Below, in pieces: positions 63,769 to 64,000 of a stretch of 64,000 bases of DNA (position 1 is its first letter; each line of letters starts with the position of its first letter). A program made the position numbers and the translations under genes. Under the pieces are notes generated by a model. The model did not search any database. It saw only the letters and a program-made list of their open reading frames with translations, and was not told the origin of the DNA. This DNA comes from Eledone cirrhosa (taxonomy: Eukaryota), in assembly GCA_964016885.1 (NCBI GenBank), contig OZ024754.1, forward strand, positions 16,058,001 to 16,122,000, given 5' to 3'.

Positions 63769-64000
63769 TCATCATCATCATCATCATCAACGTTTAACGT
63801 CCGTGTTCCACGCTTGCATGGGTTTGGACGGGGGTAGTCCCACTTGAGGCAAGAGTGATTGTCTTGCTCGCATAGGACTGTCTGGCAGGTTTTCTACAGT
63901 TGGATGCCCTTCCTAACACCAACCACATTTACAGTGTGGGTCTGGGAGGTTTTTACCGTGTTGCCTACACGGCCACATTACAGCGTGGACTGTGTGTTTT
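63768..64000 (-). mobile_element. RTE 3' end, tail inserted at the (TA)n tract; continues past the right edge
   Basis: (cat)n followed by the reverse complement of the 50860-51065 3' UTR. Confidence 0.92.

Noticed and set aside
62401-63837. 300-480-aa Tyr/Ile ORFs in several frames
   Set aside because: (TA)n microsatellite with no stop codons.

Overview
AT-rich, repeat-dense animal genomic DNA with a 200-N scaffold gap at 3396-3595. The repeat content (RTE LINEs with (GAT)n tails, tRNA-derived SINEs, TTAA MITEs, long (TA)n tracts) suggests a coleoid cephalopod, probably an octopus; this is inference. The main gene is a minus-strand UBE2O-like E2/E3 hybrid ubiquitin-conjugating enzyme. I traced 18 consecutive GT-AG coding exons by hand (44438 down to 14821, 3654 nt, about 1217 aa, phases consistent throughout); its N-terminal exons appear to lie beyond the right edge. 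A probable first coding exon of a second minus-strand gene lies at 7509-7635. The rest holds nine RTE copies or fragments (one near full length), a complete but decayed 4.2-kb Gypsy element with a 5-bp TSD, a CRE-type RLE fragment inside a TA-flanked TIR element, a rearranged Penelope-like element with a degenerate hammerhead motif, non-autonomous Helitron-like elements, SINEs, piggyBac-like MITEs and four intronic minisatellites. The most unusual observations are: both RTEs with a 5' end sit at the homologous position of related Helitron-like sequence; a five-segment template-switch mosaic at 11.6-12.0 kb beside a copied fragment of the last UBE2O exon; tandem LC8-like motifs in the large UBE2O exon; and a Gypsy leader without a TGG primer-binding site. 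No prokaryotic-type system or CRISPR array is present.
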